In this document: piece after piece, positions 45,345 to 57,170 of the stretch | Position numbering within the stretch: position 1 is the stretch's first letter | Layout: each line of letters opens with the position of its first letter | Assembly: GCA_965204575.1 (NCBI GenBank) | Contig: OZ241993.1 | Location: 736,001 to 800,000 of the forward strand | Direction: 5' to 3' | From: an uncultured candidatus Porisulfidus sp. | GTDB lineage: Bacteria; Pseudomonadota; Gammaproteobacteria; Poriferisulfidales; Poriferisulfidaceae | DNA: 64,000 bases | Program-made: the position numbers and the translations under genes | Notes under the pieces: generated by a model | Databases searched by the model: none | Seen by the model: the letters and a program-made list of their open reading frames with translations, nothing else | Told to the model about the DNA's origin: nothing

Positions 45345-48300
45345 TTAGGGCTGGGCGACATCGATCACGTGAATGGACACTTTGTCCGCTTCCTCGGGCG
45401 TCAGGGAGTCTTCCAGTTGGTGCTGGAGTTCATCAGGGCTGGTGGGGTGAGTCTTGGTTTCGGGGTTGCGGGTAGAGAATTTTTCGCCGAACCAGAACAC
45501 TAGGTAGATCCCGCGGCCCTCTGCGCCGGGAGCCCGGTTGTATCTGATGAGTTGTTCTCTGATTCCCTCCCACAAATCCTTGGAATGGCTTTTCTTGACC
45601 TCAATGGGGAGGTTGAGGTTTTTGTAGGATACCTGTATGTCGGCTCTCGTATTGTCCGCATGAGAGGCTTCCCGGTCCGCCTTGATGTCAAGAGGCATGA
45701 TTTTCTCCTGCAAGTCAGAAAGGAACGCGTTCCTGCATTCATCTTCCACCTTCGGGCTCCACTCAGGCGACTGATTCCAGTATTGGTGCCAGTCGTTGGT
45801 ACTGCCATCCCGTATTTTTTTGCCCATCTCACCGAAGTCTTCCAGAAGCAGCACGACCAGATCATCTACATTAGCTGGCCTCTTTTTATCCAAGGTTTGG
45901 AGAAGTTTGTTTATGTCGCAATGCGTGAATTCGGACTGGCGGCGGAGAGCGCGTTGTTCATCGACCGCGTCCTGGAGATGGATTCGCCACTTGGACAGGG
46001 CTTCGTCGGCGACTAGACGGCTGAGCGTTTCTGTTGCTATTGGCGAGGAATCGCCTGCCAAATGACCGATCAATTCGCGAATCAGGCCCGAAGCGGCCAT
46101 AGGAGGGGAATTCCAAGCTACATCCTCGTCAAGGGAAATGTGCCGAAAAGAAGAGCCAAGCAATTGAACGAGAGGTACTAGACATTTTCCCTTCAACAAG
46201 TCATCCCATTCCGGCGAGTTGCTGCTCTGACAGACAAATTCTGCGAAATATCTCATCCGTCGATCGTCTTTATGAAGATATGATTCCAATTGGTGGCGGT
46301 GAGTTTTTGGAGAGATGATAAATCTAGCAGCCAACCAGTAAACATGTTGGCCGATGTTCATGCTTTTCGTCTTTCGTGCCGCCAATTTCTCATTCAGAAG
46401 TTTCCGCAGGTTCGCGTGCTTGCAATGCAGCAGGGCTGCCGCGAGCAGATGTCCTAGCTCGTGAAGCTGCCGCGTGGTACAGCGGACCGGAAAGGATTTG
46501 AGCAGAGGCAGGGCTGCTAGGCTAGCGACTTTCACATGGGTGTCGGAGAAAGCGAGTTCGTATGAGTCGGCTAGGAATTCTTCTCCTTTCCGCATTTGGA
46601 AACGGATACGCCTGATGAGGATTTCAGCGACGAGATCAGGTCGCTCGGCAAGCAGGGATTTGTACCATGCCGGGCTGACTTCTCCGGGAAGATCATAATC
46701 GGCGAAGTAATGAAAAGCCAACGCACGCCGAGTTTGCTGATCTGCCGAGGGAGGGATCCCAGTTTCTTCCAATCCAGCCAGACAGGGATAAGTTAGTAAG
46801 TGGGGTCGGCCTTGTTTTGCGTGGCGGATAATCTCACTCACGCTCGGAGCGTCTTCATGCGAAATGGAATTTTTAAAAGATTCGAGTATCAATTGGACTA
46901 GATGAGAGTCGTTGTCCAGCAGGTCGCAGATTCGCTCCAGCGGCTGATCGCCCTCGACATCGTAGAAGCCGCCAAAATAGGCCCACGCAAGGTTGCTAAG
47001 AAGTCCCAACGGTCCGCGATTCTCGCGCAGTTCAGCCTCATGAGCCTTGACTTTTGCTATCCAGTTTTGGCTTAGTTGCTCCCGCTCTTGAAGATCCATA
47101 GCTATTCGCCGCTGCCGCGCTTCGATGTCCTTGAAGTGCTCATCGGGCAACCGGCAAACCAACATATCCTCAAGTGCCTTTTCCAATTCCGGATGTCTGA
47201 CGACCCGCATCTGGATGTCGTCCAGAGAAAGGTCGATCATAGTGTTTCCATCAAACAGAGCCCTGACAACTTGTCGGAGATAGAATTCTGCGGTTTTCGG
47301 ATTTTTGGACTGAATGGCTAGGTTGAGACACCAAGGCCAGAAGTCAAGAGCAGGCTCAAGTCCGAATAGCCAGTCTCCTGTTTCGTGTGAGAGCAATTTG
47401 AAGTTGTCGGTATCATTCCACTCCTCCACTCCGTCTTTAAAGATTTTCCGTTGTTTGTCCGGCTGAAGTTTGAACCAGCCATGAACGGACGATACAGTCT
47501 GTCCGAAAGAACTGCGCACCGTGTGCTGAATTTCAGAGCACCAGGCGGTTTCCAGCCAGTGGCGAAGATCAAGGAGGCTGATTGCTCTATCGGGCGTAGG
47601 GGAAAAAATCCCTTGGAGGATGGCAAGAAAAGTCCGAAATGTCCTGAAGCTCGCTTTCGAAAGATTGGGTTTTCTAGCGTCATTGACCCGGATGACCAAC
47701 TTGTTGAGGATATCGGTCAGTTGATCCGAGCGCAATTGTTTGACAAAGCGGTTGGCCCAGGAGGTATGGAAAGTCGCGGTGGAAGGTTGTCCTGAATCCA
47801 TCAGGCAGTCCAGTGCCTCATCGGCGGGGATATGTTGGGGGAACAGTTCGGTTAATACGGTATCCAGTAGCCTGCCGTGGAAATCCTGAACTGTTCCCTC
47901 CTGAATCTCAAGAAGCAATTTTTTCAGGAGATTACCTGCTTTCGTAGTCCCGGCGCAACTTTGTATGAGTACGTTGAGGGCCATTTCCTTGTTGATTGGC
48001 CAAGACTTCTCGTCCCGGATGATCTTCAGCAGAGAGTCTGAGACTTCCGGTAAGTCCGACCCATAGTGAAGAGCCTTAAGCACGAGGTAGCGAAAAGACT
48101 GTTCGTTATAGCTTGGCGCTGGCTGTCTCAATGCTTCTTTGAGATATTCATGCAGGTCGGGGCCGGCTAGGTCGCGCAATGGGGTGTTTCGTTGCGCGAT
48201 GTCGATGTATCGAGGATTGTCGTTTGTTTTTTCCTCCAGTTTGTCGAACAGCAGGAGTTTATCTTCAGCATTAAAAGATTCAACATCGCCATAAAGAGCA

Positions 48301-49415
48301 ATCTCTAGGGGGATGTTCTCGATCAGTTTTTTCCGTCCTGAGTGACTGTACGTTGCGAACCAGGCGGCAACATTCTGAAGTTTTGGCACTACAGCTTTAT
48401 CCGCACCGGACATTAGAGAAAAAATCCGATTGGCAGAAAATCCTTGTTTCACTTGCTTGGCAAGGTAGCGGCCGCCCAAGAACTCTGCGGTGCATTGATG
48501 TTCAGGGGCAATTCGCTCTTGCCCTGGGACCCGAGTGAAGGCCCGGGTTCGCACGACCTGTTCGCCGTCGGCCCTTGAAACGACTTTCTCCAACGCAGGA
48601 TAATCTTTATTGGGTTTGCCCAAGGGCAGTGTGTAGCCTGCGCTACCGCTCAGTAACTGAACAGCACACATGCGGCCAGCGGTATCCAGCAGCATGTCCA
48701 TGCCAGCTCGATTGGTTCCAGCAATAATGTGCTCCTCGTTTGTTTCGGACAACAAGGTTTCGCACGCCTTCTCGTATACTTCCCTGTGATTGGTTGGCCA
48801 GCTGCCATGCTCGTCGACCGACTCCGCCAACAACAATAGGGCTTTGGGGTTCTTCAGGAACCCGCCAAGGTCATGAGCACGTGCCTGAGAGATGAATTCT
48901 TCAGGATTTCCATTTTTGGGTTTGCCATGCCGGCGGAGGACTTCCGGGATGCTGGCATCAGTCAACGGGTCGAGCTCCAGCAATGAAATTTCAATGCCGA
49001 GTTGTTCCAGTTTTCGCCTGTCGTTGGCCCCCAACCAATCAATCGTACGACAGGACAGGCGGAATTTGGGGAGTGCAAGTTTCTGAAGTTTTCCGCGGAT
49101 TCGGTCAATGGGCTTGCGCCCATCTTTCGCTCCAGCCCGCATTTCATCCAGGCCGTCGATGAACAGAAGTTTGTCACGCCATCGGGAATTCTTCATCCTT
49201 ATGAAGTCCCGTGCCGAGATGTACTCGCCGTTCTCGTGGAAATCCGCTTCCTGCCGAAAAGTGGTGGTTTTCCCGGCTCCGGGCGAGCCAAGCAGGACAT
49301 AGGCGGGACAGTCCCGATATTCGGCCAGTCGCTTGGAGGCAGTTTCCGGGCTGCCCTCCGAGTCCTCTTCAATGATGGAGACGGTGCGGGGGACAGGTTT
49401 AATCATTTTCGTCAA
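45345..49415 (-). CDS. STAND/NACHT-like NTPase with long helical region and C-terminal PD-(D/E)xK nuclease (putative defence protein)
   Basis: Walker A LLGSPGAGKT, Walker B LFIDGLDE and SCR sensor; C-terminus EDECRN...RADI...IEVKK...QLIRY...GIYLVFWFG. Confidence 0.72.
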   Translation of the reverse strand: MTKMIKPVPRTVSIIEEDSEGSPETASKRLAEYRDCPAYVLLGSPGAGKTTTFRQEADFHENGEYISARDFIRMKNSRWRDKLLFIDGLDEMRAGAKDGRKPIDRIRGKLQKLALPKFRLSCRTIDWLGANDRRKLEQLGIEISLLELDPLTDASIPEVLRRHGKPKNGNPEEFISQARAHDLGGFLKNPKALLLLAESVDEHGSWPTNHREVYEKACETLLSETNEEHIIAGTNRAGMDMLLDTAGRMCAVQLLSGSAGYTLPLGKPNKDYPALEKVVSRADGEQVVRTRAFTRVPGQERIAPEHQCTAEFLGGRYLAKQVKQGFSANRIFSLMSGADKAVVPKLQNVAAWFATYSHSGRKKLIENIPLEIALYGDVESFNAEDKLLLFDKLEEKTNDNPRYIDIAQRNTPLRDLAGPDLHEYLKEALRQPAPSYNEQSFRYLVLKALHYGSDLPEVSDSLLKIIRDEKSWPINKEMALNVLIQSCAGTTKAGNLLKKLLLEIQEGTVQDFHGRLLDTVLTELFPQHIPADEALDCLMDSGQPSTATFHTSWANRFVKQLRSDQLTDILNKLVIRVNDARKPNLSKASFRTFRTFLAILQGIFSPTPDRAISLLDLRHWLETAWCSEIQHTVRSSFGQTVSSVHGWFKLQPDKQRKIFKDGVEEWNDTDNFKLLSHETGDWLFGLEPALDFWPWCLNLAIQSKNPKTAEFYLRQVVRALFDGNTMIDLSLDDIQMRVVRHPELEKALEDMLVCRLPDEHFKDIEARQRRIAMDLQEREQLSQNWIAKVKAHEAELRENRGPLGLLSNLAWAYFGGFYDVEGDQPLERICDLLDNDSHLVQLILESFKNSISHEDAPSVSEIIRHAKQGRPHLLTYPCLAGLEETGIPPSADQQTRRALAFHYFADYDLPGEVSPAWYKSLLAERPDLVAEILIRRIRFQMRKGEEFLADSYELAFSDTHVKVASLAALPLLKSFPVRCTTRQLHELGHLLAAALLHCKHANLRKLLNEKLAARKTKSMNIGQHVYWLAARFIISPKTHRHQLESYLHKDDRRMRYFAEFVCQSSNSPEWDDLLKGKCLVPLVQLLGSSFRHISLDEDVAWNSPPMAASGLIRELIGHLAGDSSPIATETLSRLVADEALSKWRIHLQDAVDEQRALRRQSEFTHCDINKLLQTLDKKRPANVDDLVVLLLEDFGEMGKKIRDGSTNDWHQYWNQSPEWSPKVEDECRNAFLSDLQEKIMPLDIKADREASHADNTRADIQVSYKNLNLPIEVKKSHSKDLWEGIREQLIRYNRAPGAEGRGIYLVFWFGEKFSTRNPETKTHPTSPDELQHQLEDSLTPEEADKVSIHVIDVAQP

Positions 49416-50622
49416 ACCAGTGGCGGGCCGGGACGGACAGAAATTCCTCGAACGAAACTCCTCCCGTGCCGACTACCATCGTATCCGCGGACGGAAACCG
49501 TTTCTTGAACATGGCCAAGCCGGAGACGCTTCTTTTTCGCCCTCCGCTTTTCACCTCTATGGCCAAGAGCCTATTGCCGTGTTGGAGGATGAAATCCACT
49601 TCATGAGGAGATTCCCGCCAGTAGTGAACCTTGATGTCGGGGGAGCCGGAGTTGCACAGGTGCGCACCGACGACACTTTCTACCAGGTGCCCCCAAAAAC
49701 TCCGGTCTGCTTTTGCTTCTTCAAAGGTGTACCCGCAATTCGCGGTCATGAGCGCGGTATCCAGAACTAGGAGTTTTGGGCTGGACCTTCTGACCCGTAT
49801 GACGTTTCCTGCATATTGTTGGAGTCCTGTCAGCAGGCCGGTACGTCCCAAGAGTTCCAGATAGTCCGCCAATGTCGTGACATTCCCCTTGTCGTCAAGC
49901 TGACCAAGCAGGTTCCTGTACGACACGATCTGCGCGCTGAACTCCGACCCGATTTCGAACAGTTGTTTGAGCAATGCCGGTTTGTGGATTGCCATGCGTT
50001 CGACAATGTCCCTCTCGATGTTCGTTTCGATGATTGCGCTCCGGACATATTGCTGCCATCGTTCCGGCCGATAGATCAGGGGGGCTGCACCAGGGTAACC
50101 TCCAAAGTAGAGATACTGGTCCAGGCTGAAGCCGAACGCCTCGACCATTTCCGGGTACGACCACTGGGTCAGGCGGATGGTCTCGAAGCGTCCCGTCATG
50201 CTTTCGCTGAGCCCCTTCTGCATCATCAATGGCGATGAGCCAAGGATGACGACACGGAGATTGCGTTCGTGGAAGCGGTCGGCATCCCACAGGGCCTTGA
50301 CCGCACTGGACCATTCCTGGATTCGCTGGATCTCGTCCAGTACCAAGACATGCCCGAGCTCCGAGTTCTCGGCTTTTTTCCGGGCTTGCTGCCAGATTTT
50401 TTCCAGCCATAAGGCGTCCTTGGCAATGTGGGCTGGCACGGGGTCGTCGCCGCGCACATAAGTGGAGCGGACATCCGTTCGTTCCAAGGCCTGTTGGACC
50501 AGCGTGGTTTTTCCGGTCTGGCGTGGTCCTGTCACCACGATCATATGCCGCGGTGGTTTTTCTGGACGCTCCTCAATCCTCTCCAAAAGGATTGACAATT
50601 GGCTGCGCTGAAACTGGCTCAT
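49399..50622 (-). CDS. AAA_14-type ATPase with DUF4143 / C-terminal nuclease-like fold
   Basis: GPRQTGKTT, LDEIQ, ILGSS, ESMTGRF, GGYP and EVDF...AIEVKSG. Confidence 0.85.
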   Translation of the reverse strand: MSQFQRSQLSILLERIEERPEKPPRHMIVVTGPRQTGKTTLVQQALERTDVRSTYVRGDDPVPAHIAKDALWLEKIWQQARKKAENSELGHVLVLDEIQRIQEWSSAVKALWDADRFHERNLRVVILGSSPLMMQKGLSESMTGRFETIRLTQWSYPEMVEAFGFSLDQYLYFGGYPGAAPLIYRPERWQQYVRSAIIETNIERDIVERMAIHKPALLKQLFEIGSEFSAQIVSYRNLLGQLDDKGNVTTLADYLELLGRTGLLTGLQQYAGNVIRVRRSSPKLLVLDTALMTANCGYTFEEAKADRSFWGHLVESVVGAHLCNSGSPDIKVHYWRESPHEVDFILQHGNRLLAIEVKSGGRKRSVSGLAMFKKRFPSADTMVVGTGGVSFEEFLSVPARHWFDEND

Positions 50623-50626
50623 GCAT

Positions 50627-50690
50627 ATATAGTACCTATCCTAATAATTTTGTCAAATATAGTACTAATTTTTAGTCTTTATATATAGTA
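50627..50690. repeat. Three ATATAGTA repeats in the AT-rich region upstream of the ATPase gene
   Basis: Copies at 50627, 50657 and 50683. Confidence 0.55.
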
Positions 50691-50729
50691 AGATATTGAT
50701 GGATAACAATTTATATATTATCTAATTCC

Positions 50730-51980
50730 TTATGTTATCACGGAATATCGGCGCAGGGTCTCCACGTAGAGCTTGATTAATTGATTCCTGTCGCGGACGT
50801 GAACCTGCGCCTGTACACCGATGCGTTCCGCCTTGTCCGGGTGCTCCAGCCATTGTGAAAAAACCTGTCCAAGTTCGTCGACATCCTGCACCTGTCGCAG
50901 CCCGTCACAGTCCAGAAGGGCCTGAACCTCTGCCTCGAAATGATCGGTGTGAGGCCCGACCACACAGGCTTTGCCGAGCATTGCGGGTTCCATCACGTTG
51001 TGTCCCCCGCGCGGGACTAAGGACCCTCCCACAAACACGAAGGCGGCATGCCGCATCCACCACAGCGCTTCGCCCAGGGTGTCCGCCAGATAGGCCTGAT
51101 CGTCCGGGCGGGGTTGGCGGTCGCGGGAGTGCAGGCCGGCTCGCAGGCCGAGCGTTTCCAAGTGCTTCAGGATTTCCGGAGCGCGATCCGGATAGCGTGG
51201 CATCAACACCAGTAATTTGCCCCGGGGATCGAGCGTCTTCCATAATTTTGCGATCAACTTCTCCTCGTCTTTGTGCGTGGATACGGCCAGGATGTAAGGG
51301 CGTTGAATCGGGGCGCCGTCGGGGATGTCGTCGATGGCGGCTGCGTACTTGATATTGCCCAAGTTCTCGATCCGGTCGGGGGGTGCTCCCAGTGCGGCGA
51401 AGCGTTCGGCATCTTTTTCGCTTCGTGTCAGGATGCAGTGCAGTTGCTGTGCCGCTTGGCGCAATGCGGGGCGCAACGGGAAGGGGGGATTCTGCGTCCG
51501 CTGCGAGAGACGGGCGTTCACCAACGCCATGGGAATGTCCAACCGACGGGCCGCGTGAAAGAAATTCGGCCATAACTCGGTCTCGACGATCAGGATGGTT
51601 TTAGGATTCAGCCGTTTTAACCAGCGGCGAACCACCGAGACATGGTCTAAAGGGAAATAGATACAGGGGATTTCCGGCAGCAACGTGCGTGCCATACGCC
51701 GCCCAGTCGGAGTTCCGACACTGATGAAAAGATTGTGCTCGTTTTCAAGCAGTTCCCGTGCCAGTGGCAGGACTGCGCGGACTTCGCCAACCGAACAGCA
51801 GTGCAGACAGATTCGGTCTTTCAGGTCTGTCGGCAATCCGCTGGCATAACGCTGGCGCAGGTAACGCCTGCCGCCGTCGCGCAGAGAGCGCGATGCAGTG
51901 TACAGAAACGCGGGAATAGCGGCCGTGAATGCAAGCGCGCGATAGGTTAGGGGGGCGCGGCTTTCCAGTTCCGGTTTCAA
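50730..51980 (-). CDS. waaA: Kdo transferase
   Basis: HCCSVGEV, YFPLD, ETELWPN, NARLS, GNIKY, STH and GGSLVPRGGHNVMEPA. Confidence 0.94.
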   Translation of the reverse strand: MKPELESRAPLTYRALAFTAAIPAFLYTASRSLRDGGRRYLRQRYASGLPTDLKDRICLHCCSVGEVRAVLPLARELLENEHNLFISVGTPTGRRMARTLLPEIPCIYFPLDHVSVVRRWLKRLNPKTILIVETELWPNFFHAARRLDIPMALVNARLSQRTQNPPFPLRPALRQAAQQLHCILTRSEKDAERFAALGAPPDRIENLGNIKYAAAIDDIPDGAPIQRPYILAVSTHKDEEKLIAKLWKTLDPRGKLLVLMPRYPDRAPEILKHLETLGLRAGLHSRDRQPRPDDQAYLADTLGEALWWMRHAAFVFVGGSLVPRGGHNVMEPAMLGKACVVGPHTDHFEAEVQALLDCDGLRQVQDVDELGQVFSQWLEHPDKAERIGVQAQVHVRDRNQLIKLYVETLRRYSVIT

Positions 51981-51985
51981 AATAT

Positions 51986-53311
51986 TCAGTCAAGCAGGCT
52001 GTTCGCCCACTCGATATCTTCCAAACTGAGCTGGCCTGTGGCTTGGCGCAGGCGCAAGGTGTCAACAATGTAATCGTAGCGGGCCTGTGAATAGTCGCGT
52101 TCGGCGGCATAAAGCCGACTGGTCGCCTGAACTACGTCGACCGTGTCGCGAGTGCCGGCCTCAAGGCCCGCCTGATGGGCTTCGAGGTCCACCCGGGCGG
52201 ACTCCAAGGCCCGTTCGAAGGCGCGAACCCGCGAAGTTCCGGCCGTGACATCGCGGTAGGCGGAGCGGACATCCTGTTCGACTTTACGTTGCGTGGCCAA
52301 TAGCTCTGCTTGGGCGGCTTCCCGCTCGAATATGGCCTGACGGGTGCGGTAATACGTTTCGCCTCCGGCCAGCAGCGGAACCTTCAACTGGATCGAAACG
52401 CGGTCCGCGTGCGTCTTGCTTCCGGCCGGGCTGAACACGCCGCCGGTATCCTCGCTATCACTCAGGCTGGCGTGCAGGTCCAGGGTCGGCCAGTGCTTGG
52501 CCTGTTCGAACCGTACGGTGTGGCGGGCCACATCCAGCGTGCGCTTCTGGATCAGATAGTCCAGGTTGTGTTCCAGTGCCGCCTCGGTCCATTCTTGGAT
52601 ATTGGCCGGGTTCGGCGGGACTGGCCGGAGTCGGTCCGACAGGGAAGATAGACTCTGGTGCGGATGGCCGGTGATCACGGCCAGAGCTTCCAACTGGTTT
52701 TCCAGGAGGTTTTGAGCCTCGATCTCCCTTGCCACCGCCAGATCGTAGGAGGCCTGGGTCTCCTTGACTTCGACGATGGCGGTCAGCCCGACTTGGAAAC
52801 GCGCCTCGGCCTGTTCCAGTTGCAGGGCAATGGCGTCTTTCTCCTTGCGCGAAAACAGGGTGCCGTCTTGGGCGGCCAGGACGTCGAAATAGGCTTCGGC
52901 CGTTCGTACGACCAACTTCTGGCGAGCCGCGTCGCGTTGTGCCAGCGCCCGGGCGGTACTGGCGCCGGCGCGGTCCAGTTCAACGTACAGGTCGTGGTGG
53001 TACAGGGTCTGCGTGAGGGTCAGCCGGTCGTTCCGGGTGGTGAATCGGGCACGGCCGCTTCTGCCGAAACTCTCTCCGGCGACTGACTGGCGGGTTTCGG
53101 AAAGGTCATATTCGAACGCGATGTGCGGCAACCAGTTCGACCGGGCGATAGCGTCCCCTTGGGCGGTAGCCTGATAGCGGGCCTCGGCCACCTGCAACTC
53201 GGCGTCGTTCTGCTGGGCCAGCAGGTAGATGTCGAGCAGGCTGTCGCCGGCGTGCGCGATGCCGGCCAGGCTGCACGCGAGCAGGGTTGTGAGGTGCTTC
53301 AACCAAGTCAT
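51986..53311 (-). CDS. tolC: TolC family outer membrane protein
   Basis: Signal peptide, SLLDIYLLAQQND, EAYFDVLAAQD, RFQVGL and AGTRDTVDV. ATG at 53311. Confidence 0.9.
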   Translation of the reverse strand: MTWLKHLTTLLACSLAGIAHAGDSLLDIYLLAQQNDAELQVAEARYQATAQGDAIARSNWLPHIAFEYDLSETRQSVAGESFGRSGRARFTTRNDRLTLTQTLYHHDLYVELDRAGASTARALAQRDAARQKLVVRTAEAYFDVLAAQDGTLFSRKEKDAIALQLEQAEARFQVGLTAIVEVKETQASYDLAVAREIEAQNLLENQLEALAVITGHPHQSLSSLSDRLRPVPPNPANIQEWTEAALEHNLDYLIQKRTLDVARHTVRFEQAKHWPTLDLHASLSDSEDTGGVFSPAGSKTHADRVSIQLKVPLLAGGETYYRTRQAIFEREAAQAELLATQRKVEQDVRSAYRDVTAGTSRVRAFERALESARVDLEAHQAGLEAGTRDTVDVVQATSRLYAAERDYSQARYDYIVDTLRLRQATGQLSLEDIEWANSLLD

Positions 53312-53342
53312 AGCCAGTTCAAGGTGTCTGCCATATGTTGCA

Positions 53343-53666
53343 CTAGTATGTGGGGACGTCGGGGTCGATCTGTCGTGCCCAGGCGTCGATGCCCCCATCC
53401 AGGTTCAGGACATTTGAGAACTGCATGTGCTGTTCGAGGAACAGGCAAACCGAGCGGCTGCGAATGCCGTGGTGGCAGAGCACCACGGTTTCCCGGTCTG
53501 GGTCCAGTTCCTGCAGCCGGGCGGTCAACTCTTTCATGGGAATGCAATGACTGTGCGGCAGGCAGGCGCGTTCGATCTCCCAGGGTTCGCGGACATCCAG
53601 GAGCAATGGAAGCGGGGCGTCCGAGTCCAGACGTTGCTTGAGTTCGGTCGGAGAAATGTTCCGCAT
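53343..53666 (-). CDS. Rhodanese-like domain protein
   Basis: LLDVREPWE, CHHGIRS and NLDGGIDAW. Confidence 0.9.
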   Translation of the reverse strand: MRNISPTELKQRLDSDAPLPLLLDVREPWEIERACLPHSHCIPMKELTARLQELDPDRETVVLCHHGIRSRSVCLFLEQHMQFSNVLNLDGGIDAWARQIDPDVPTY

Positions 53667-53668
53667 GG

Positions 53669-54307
53669 TTAGGCGGAGGCAGTGGCAGGGACGATGGGAT
53701 CCAATTCCAGTTCGAACAGCCTGTTGCAGGAAGTTTTATCGGATCCGTACTGGCGAATCAGGCAGGCCTCCATCACTGGGGGGTGGCCGACCACGACGAA
53801 CAGGCGGCCGGAAGATTTCAGCCACTGCTCGAAATGGGGGTCGTAGTCTGGCATCGAAGCGGTGATCACAACCGCATCGTAGCGGATGTGCGTCTGAAAG
53901 GACCAGGCGTTTATGGCACGGACGGAAACATCGGGGTCGATCCGGGCAGCCAATACGTCTTCTGCGGCTGCCGCGAGTTCCGGATGAATTTCAAGGCTGT
54001 CGACCCGGACATGGAGGTGCCGCATGCAGGCAGTCAGGAAACCCGAGCCGGTGCCGACCTCCAGCACGCGTTCCCCTGGTCGCAGGTCGAGAGACTGCAA
54101 CAGAAGCCCCTGGTTACGAGGGGACATCATGTGCTGTCCGCAGGGCAGGGGGATGACCGTATCCGCGAAAGCCTGCCGGGCATAGTCGGGAGGGACGAAA
54201 TTTTCCCGGTTAACCTCTAAAAAGGTATTCAACACGCGTGTATCGAGGACGGAGCTTCCGCGCAATTGCTGCTCCACCATGTTGCGGCGGGCTGTTTCGA
54301 TTTCCAT
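53669..54307 (-). CDS. pcm: Protein-L-isoaspartate O-methyltransferase family protein
   Basis: ARRNMVEQQLR, RENFVP and VLEVGTGSGF. ATG at 54307. Confidence 0.82.
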   Translation of the reverse strand: MEIETARRNMVEQQLRGSSVLDTRVLNTFLEVNRENFVPPDYARQAFADTVIPLPCGQHMMSPRNQGLLLQSLDLRPGERVLEVGTGSGFLTACMRHLHVRVDSLEIHPELAAAAEDVLAARIDPDVSVRAINAWSFQTHIRYDAVVITASMPDYDPHFEQWLKSSGRLFVVVGHPPVMEACLIRQYGSDKTSCNRLFELELDPIVPATASA

Positions 54308-54395
54308 GTGATGGGCGGGAAGGCTTGCGCACGCTTGCAACGTGCCATTTTACAAGGTCGCGGCACTGTCCGCTTGTTGCTTTTTTCGCGTAAAA

Positions 54396-56336
<1,941 letters not shown>

Positions 56337-56370
56337 CTAAAGTTCGCCGCTCAAGTTTGAGGCTTTCCCC

Positions 56371-56607
56371 ATGTCACGGATCTGCCAGGTCACCGGCAAG
56401 CGCCCGATGTCGGGCAACAACGTTTCGCACGCGCACAACAAGACGCGGCGACGTTTCCTGCCGAACCTCCACACCCAGCGCTTCTGGGTGGAAAGCGAGA
56501 ACCGCTGGGTCAAGTTGCGGGTCTCCCGGAAGGGGATGCGGATCATTGACAAGAAAGGCATTGAAGTGGTTCTGAGCGAAATTCGCGGCCGCGGCGAGCG
56601 GGTCTGA
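56371..56607 (+). CDS. rpmB: 50S ribosomal protein L28
   Basis: [12 protein letters not shown]...[19 protein letters not shown]. Confidence 0.97.
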   Translation: MSRICQVTGKRPMSGNNVSHAHNKTRRRFLPNLHTQRFWVESENRWVKLRVSRKGMRIIDKKGIEVVLSEIRGRGERV

Positions 56608-56612
56608 CGATC

Positions 56613-56780
56613 ATGGCCAAGGCAGTCCGTGAGAAGGTCAAGCTGGTTTCAAGCGCCGGCACGGGTCACTACTACACGACGACCAGGAACAAACGTACCG
56701 CGACCGGCAAGTTGGAAATCAAGAAGTACGATCCGGTCGTGCGCAAGCACGTCCTCTACAAGGAATCGAAGATCAAGTAA
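56613..56780 (+). CDS. rpmG: 50S ribosomal protein L33 (not in the ORF track)
   Basis: Manual translation: [55 protein letters not shown]. Confidence 0.96.
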   Translation: MAKAVREKVKLVSSAGTGHYYTTTRNKRTATGKLEIKKYDPVVRKHVLYKESKIK

Positions 56781-56822
56781 GGGCCGGGCGACCCCGCCCG
56801 ACTTTCCCGTCAAAAGCGTGAA

Positions 56823-57131
56823 CTACTCCGGGCAGGCGCACTCGCACTCGCCGCGGCTGTTCCAGCAACACGCACCTTTAATTTCCTTGGTCTCATCCTT
56901 CCAGATACCACAATTTCCTCCGGTGGTCCTTTGACCCATCGGATCCTTGATGCGGAAGCCGTACCGGCCTCCTGCAACGATGGTGACGTACTTGGGAGTG
57001 GGCTCCTCGCCTGCCGCGGCTTCGGTTTGCGCATCCTCGTCGCCGAACCAGGAGGCGGCATTGCCCATGGTTTCACAGCCTGCCAGGGTGAGGGGGAAGA
57101 AGAGAGCCAAAATCCAGAAGTGTTTTTTCAT
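56823..57131 (-). CDS. Hypothetical lipoprotein with Cys-rich C-terminus
   Basis: MKKH signal and lipobox LAGC; ends GNCG...GACCWNSRGECECACPE. Confidence 0.6.
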   Translation of the reverse strand: MKKHFWILALFFPLTLAGCETMGNAASWFGDEDAQTEAAAGEEPTPKYVTIVAGGRYGFRIKDPMGQRTTGGNCGIWKDETKEIKGACCWNSRGECECACPE

Positions 57132-57170
57132 AGACATAGGAAACCGAAACATTAAATTTGAATGGGTAAA

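Noticed and set aside
56371-56780. Zinc-free L28/L33 as zinc-starvation paralogues
   Set aside because: Cys-poor forms are the standard rpmB-rpmG in gammaproteobacteria.
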